A DNA stretch of 64,000 nt from a virus: the IMG/VR virus record IMGVR_UViG_3300045051_000846. One strand, given 5' to 3'. This document shows positions 61,803 to 64,000 of the stretch, in pieces. Every line of letters starts with the position of its first letter. Within the stretch, counting starts at the first letter, position 1. Under the pieces are notes generated by a model. The model was not told where the DNA came from, ran no database searches, and saw nothing but the letters and a program-made list of their open reading frames with translations. The position numbers and the translations under genes are program-made.

Positions 61803-64000
61803 TGGGCGACAAGCCTAAGCTGCGGCGCAAGATCCGGCGGCTCGACCAGGAGGAGAAGAAGAAGCACAAGCGCGTGCTCTCCGCCTCGGTCGGGAAGGCC
61901 GGGATGTGGCCGCTGAACGCCCCCGGGATGCCCCCGCCCGGCCCGGACTTCCTCCGGGCCGCACAGCTGCTCGGCGACTCGACCGAGTACGTGAAGGGGA
62001 CGAAGGCGAAGCCCGCCGTGTACGAGCCGGGGGACAAGCTGCGGGAGCTGTACCGCCGGGCACTGCGGGAGCCGGGGTTCACGCTGGAGGTGTCCGTCAA
62101 GCAGGGCGTCTACGACACGGTCACGTTCGTCCCCGGCCACATCTGGGGGCAGCACGCGGCCGAGTGGGCGAAGTCGATGGTGGACCTCGACGTCGAGCCG
62201 CCCAAGGTGGACGGCCCGCACCCGGCGGACGTGTTCGTCCTCGGCAAGATGCCGTGGAAGGAGGAGACGGCGGAGGGGCGGAACCTGATCGGCGCGACGG
62301 GCGAGATCCTGGTCGACGTCATCAACAAGCTGCACATCAAGAACGCCGGCAAGTGGTACATCTCGAACCTGTGCAAGTTCGCCCCGCCGAACGAGGGGCG
62401 AGACCTGAAGGCCGGCTGGATTCAGGACTGCCTGCCGCTGCTGCACCAGGAGCTGCGGATCGTCCGCCCGAAGTACATCCTCTGCCTCGGGGCGGACGCG
62501 TCGAAGGCCCTCCTCGGCGACAAGTTCAACGTGTCGTACATGGCGGGGCGGGTGGTCCCCTACTCGTTCGAGACGCGGATCGACGCCGACGACGAGAGCC
62601 CGCCCCACACGTGCCACGTGATGACCGTCATCCACCCGGTCAACGTGGTGAAAGACCCGGCCCAGGCCCGGATTCTCGAATCCAACATGGGCCGGTTCGC
62701 CAACCTCCTCGCCACCAACAACCTCGACCTGGAGGAGAAGGGGCTCGACCACCGGTCGTGCATGGTGCTGGAGGACGCGCTCGACTGGATCGAGGAGGCC
62801 CAGGCCGAGCTGTACCAGCAGCCGGAGAAGCTGCGCCTGACGGCGTGGGACTTGGAGTGGCAGGGGCAGCACCCAGTCAACGACGGGAGCTACGTCCGCA
62901 CCATCCAGTGCTCGTGGGGCGACAAGAAGGCGATGTGCTTCGTGCTGCACCACCCCGGTGGCAAGGTCGCCTTCCGGGACCGCGACGGCAAGCCGGCGAT
63001 CAAGCGGCTGGTGAAGGCCCTGAACGAGTTCGTGAAGTGCTCCCGCCCGGTCGGGCACTTCCTGGTGGCCGACCTGGAGTGGGCCGAGAGCCTGGGGCTC
63101 AAGCTCATCGACCACTGCCCGATCCCGCTGACGGACCGCAAGGGGAAGCTCGCGTGGGAGCGGTTCCGGGCCGGCCGGGGCTGGCTCGACACCGCGTACA
63201 TGAACCACGCGATCGAAGAAACCGCGCCGCTGGGGCTGGAAGTCCTGACGATGCGGTACACGATGGCCCCGCGGTACGACATCGAGCTGGAGGACTGGAA
63301 GGCGGGGTACGTCAAGGAGAAGAAGCTCAAGAAGGAGGGCCTGGAGGGGTACGGGGACTGCCCGGACAAGATCCTCATCCCGTACGCCAACTACGACGCC
63401 GACGTCACCCGCCGCATCGCCCTCAGCCTCCTCCCGATGCTCGACGAGGACTACGAGGGCAACTGCTGCTGGGAGGCGTTCTGGGAGTCGATGATCATCC
63501 AAAAAGCGATTTTGAGGATTCACCAGAACGGCATCCGGGCCGACCGGGCGAGGATCGACGAGCACACCAAGAACTTCATCACCTGGAGGGCGAAGAAGGA
63601 GCAGGAGATTCAGGCGTACGCGAACTGGCCGGAGTTCAACATCCGGTCGGTGCAGCAGGTCCGCGAGTTCCTGTTCGGCGAGCACCTGAACGGGAAGAAG
63701 ACGCCGGACGGCAAGCCGGTCCAGATCCGGCCGGAGGGGGCCAAGAGCCTCTACATCGAGCCGCTGCTGGACACGTCGAAGCCGCCGCGGCGGTGGAAGG
63801 ATCTCGTCGCCAAGGGGCTGCACTGGGACGCCAGCCCCGGGACCGGGAAGATGGTGCTCGGCATCCTCGCGCAGGAGAACCTGCACAAGGCGGACGAGAT
63901 CAACATGATCCGGGACTACCGGTTCCTGGACCAGGTGCTGAAGTCCGTGCTGCGGATGCCGAAGGTGGACGAGGAGGACCACTGGATCGAGAACGACGAC
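61802..64000 (+). CDS. polA: family-A DNA polymerase with N-terminal UDG-like domain and 3'-5' exonuclease (3' truncated by the window)
   Basis: open frame from ATG 61802 to the window end, absent from the track; VLGKMPWKEE..G...G..G, YISNLCK, RPKYILCLG, IHP; exonuclease WDLE, DTAY, YANYD; HQNGI; FNIRS.QQ.REFLF. Confidence 0.85.
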   Translation, partial: MGDKPKLRRKIRRLDQEEKKKHKRVLSASVGKAGMWPLNAPGMPPPGPDFLRAAQLLGDSTEYVKGTKAKPAVYEPGDKLRELYRRALREPGFTLEVSVKQGVYDTVTFVPGHIWGQHAAEWAKSMVDLDVEPPKVDGPHPADVFVLGKMPWKEETAEGRNLIGATGEILVDVINKLHIKNAGKWYISNLCKFAPPNEGRDLKAGWIQDCLPLLHQELRIVRPKYILCLGADASKALLGDKFNVSYMAGRVVPYSFETRIDADDESPPHTCHVMTVIHPVNVVKDPAQARILESNMGRFANLLATNNLDLEEKGLDHRSCMVLEDALDWIEEAQAELYQQPEKLRLTAWDLEWQGQHPVNDGSYVRTIQCSWGDKKAMCFVLHHPGGKVAFRDRDGKPAIKRLVKALNEFVKCSRPVGHFLVADLEWAESLGLKLIDHCPIPLTDRKGKLAWERFRAGRGWLDTAYMNHAIEETAPLGLEVLTMRYTMAPRYDIELEDWKAGYVKEKKLKKEGLEGYGDCPDKILIPYANYDADVTRRIALSLLPMLDEDYEGNCCWEAFWESMIIQKAILRIHQNGIRADRARIDEHTKNFITWRAKKEQEIQAYANWPEFNIRSVQQVREFLFGEHLNGKKTPDGKPVQIRPEGAKSLYIEPLLDTSKPPRRWKDLVAKGLHWDASPGTGKMVLGILAQENLHKADEINMIRDYRFLDQVLKSVLRMPKVDEEDHWIENDD
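63499..63516 (+). repeat. dispersed motif site 10: CCAAAAAGCGATTTTGAG, inside polymerase CDS
   Basis: encoded by CAA AAA GCG ATT TTG AGG ATT. Confidence 0.88.

Noticed and set aside
1-64000. CRISPR or TIGR array to accompany the RAMP and IS110/Tas-like genes
   Set aside because: No regularly interspaced repeats in any intergenic gap; all gaps are under 200 nt. An array could lie outside the window.
1-64000. tRNA, tmRNA or rRNA genes
   Set aside because: No T-loop GTTCRA in a cloverleaf context outside ORFs; no rRNA-like sequence.
1-64000. Prophage integrated in a host chromosome, or alternative genetic code
   Set aside because: No integrase, att sites or host housekeeping genes in the window; ORFs are full-length under standard code 11 and all three stop codons are used.

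Overview
Gene-dense, very GC-rich (roughly 70% by eye) 64-kb segment of a large dsDNA tailed-phage genome. All but two of about 100 plausible genes are on the + strand. Left and middle: a DUF1257/DUF2997/Ycf46-type AAA+ module and many small hypothetical genes. These are interspersed with Nudix, GNAT, RNase H, dCTP deaminase, ArsR, stand-alone RNAP alpha-CTD, HD, split RfaE/HldE, endonuclease VII and AlkB genes, plus an isolated minus-strand GpA-type large terminase. Right end: a replication/recombination module with SbcD, SbcC, an SF2 helicase, a DnaB-like helicase, a primase and a UDG-like/exonuclease/family-A polymerase that runs off the window. A Planctomycetota host is an inference from the AAA module and the C-rich leaders. 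No tRNA, rRNA, CRISPR array or integrase was seen. Two things stand out. (1) Between sbcC and the helicase lie an apparently catalytically dead IS110/Tas-like protein, a solo RAMP (Cas7-like) protein with its own sigma70-type promoter, and a convergent ~83-nt non-coding unit with its own promoter and terminator: a candidate RNA-guided or RNA-regulated system. (2) An AAAA-N4-TTTT(GAG) motif occurs 10 times at quasi-regular ~7-kb spacing and is even embedded in core genes through rare codons. All family assignments are from motif recognition by eye, not database searches.
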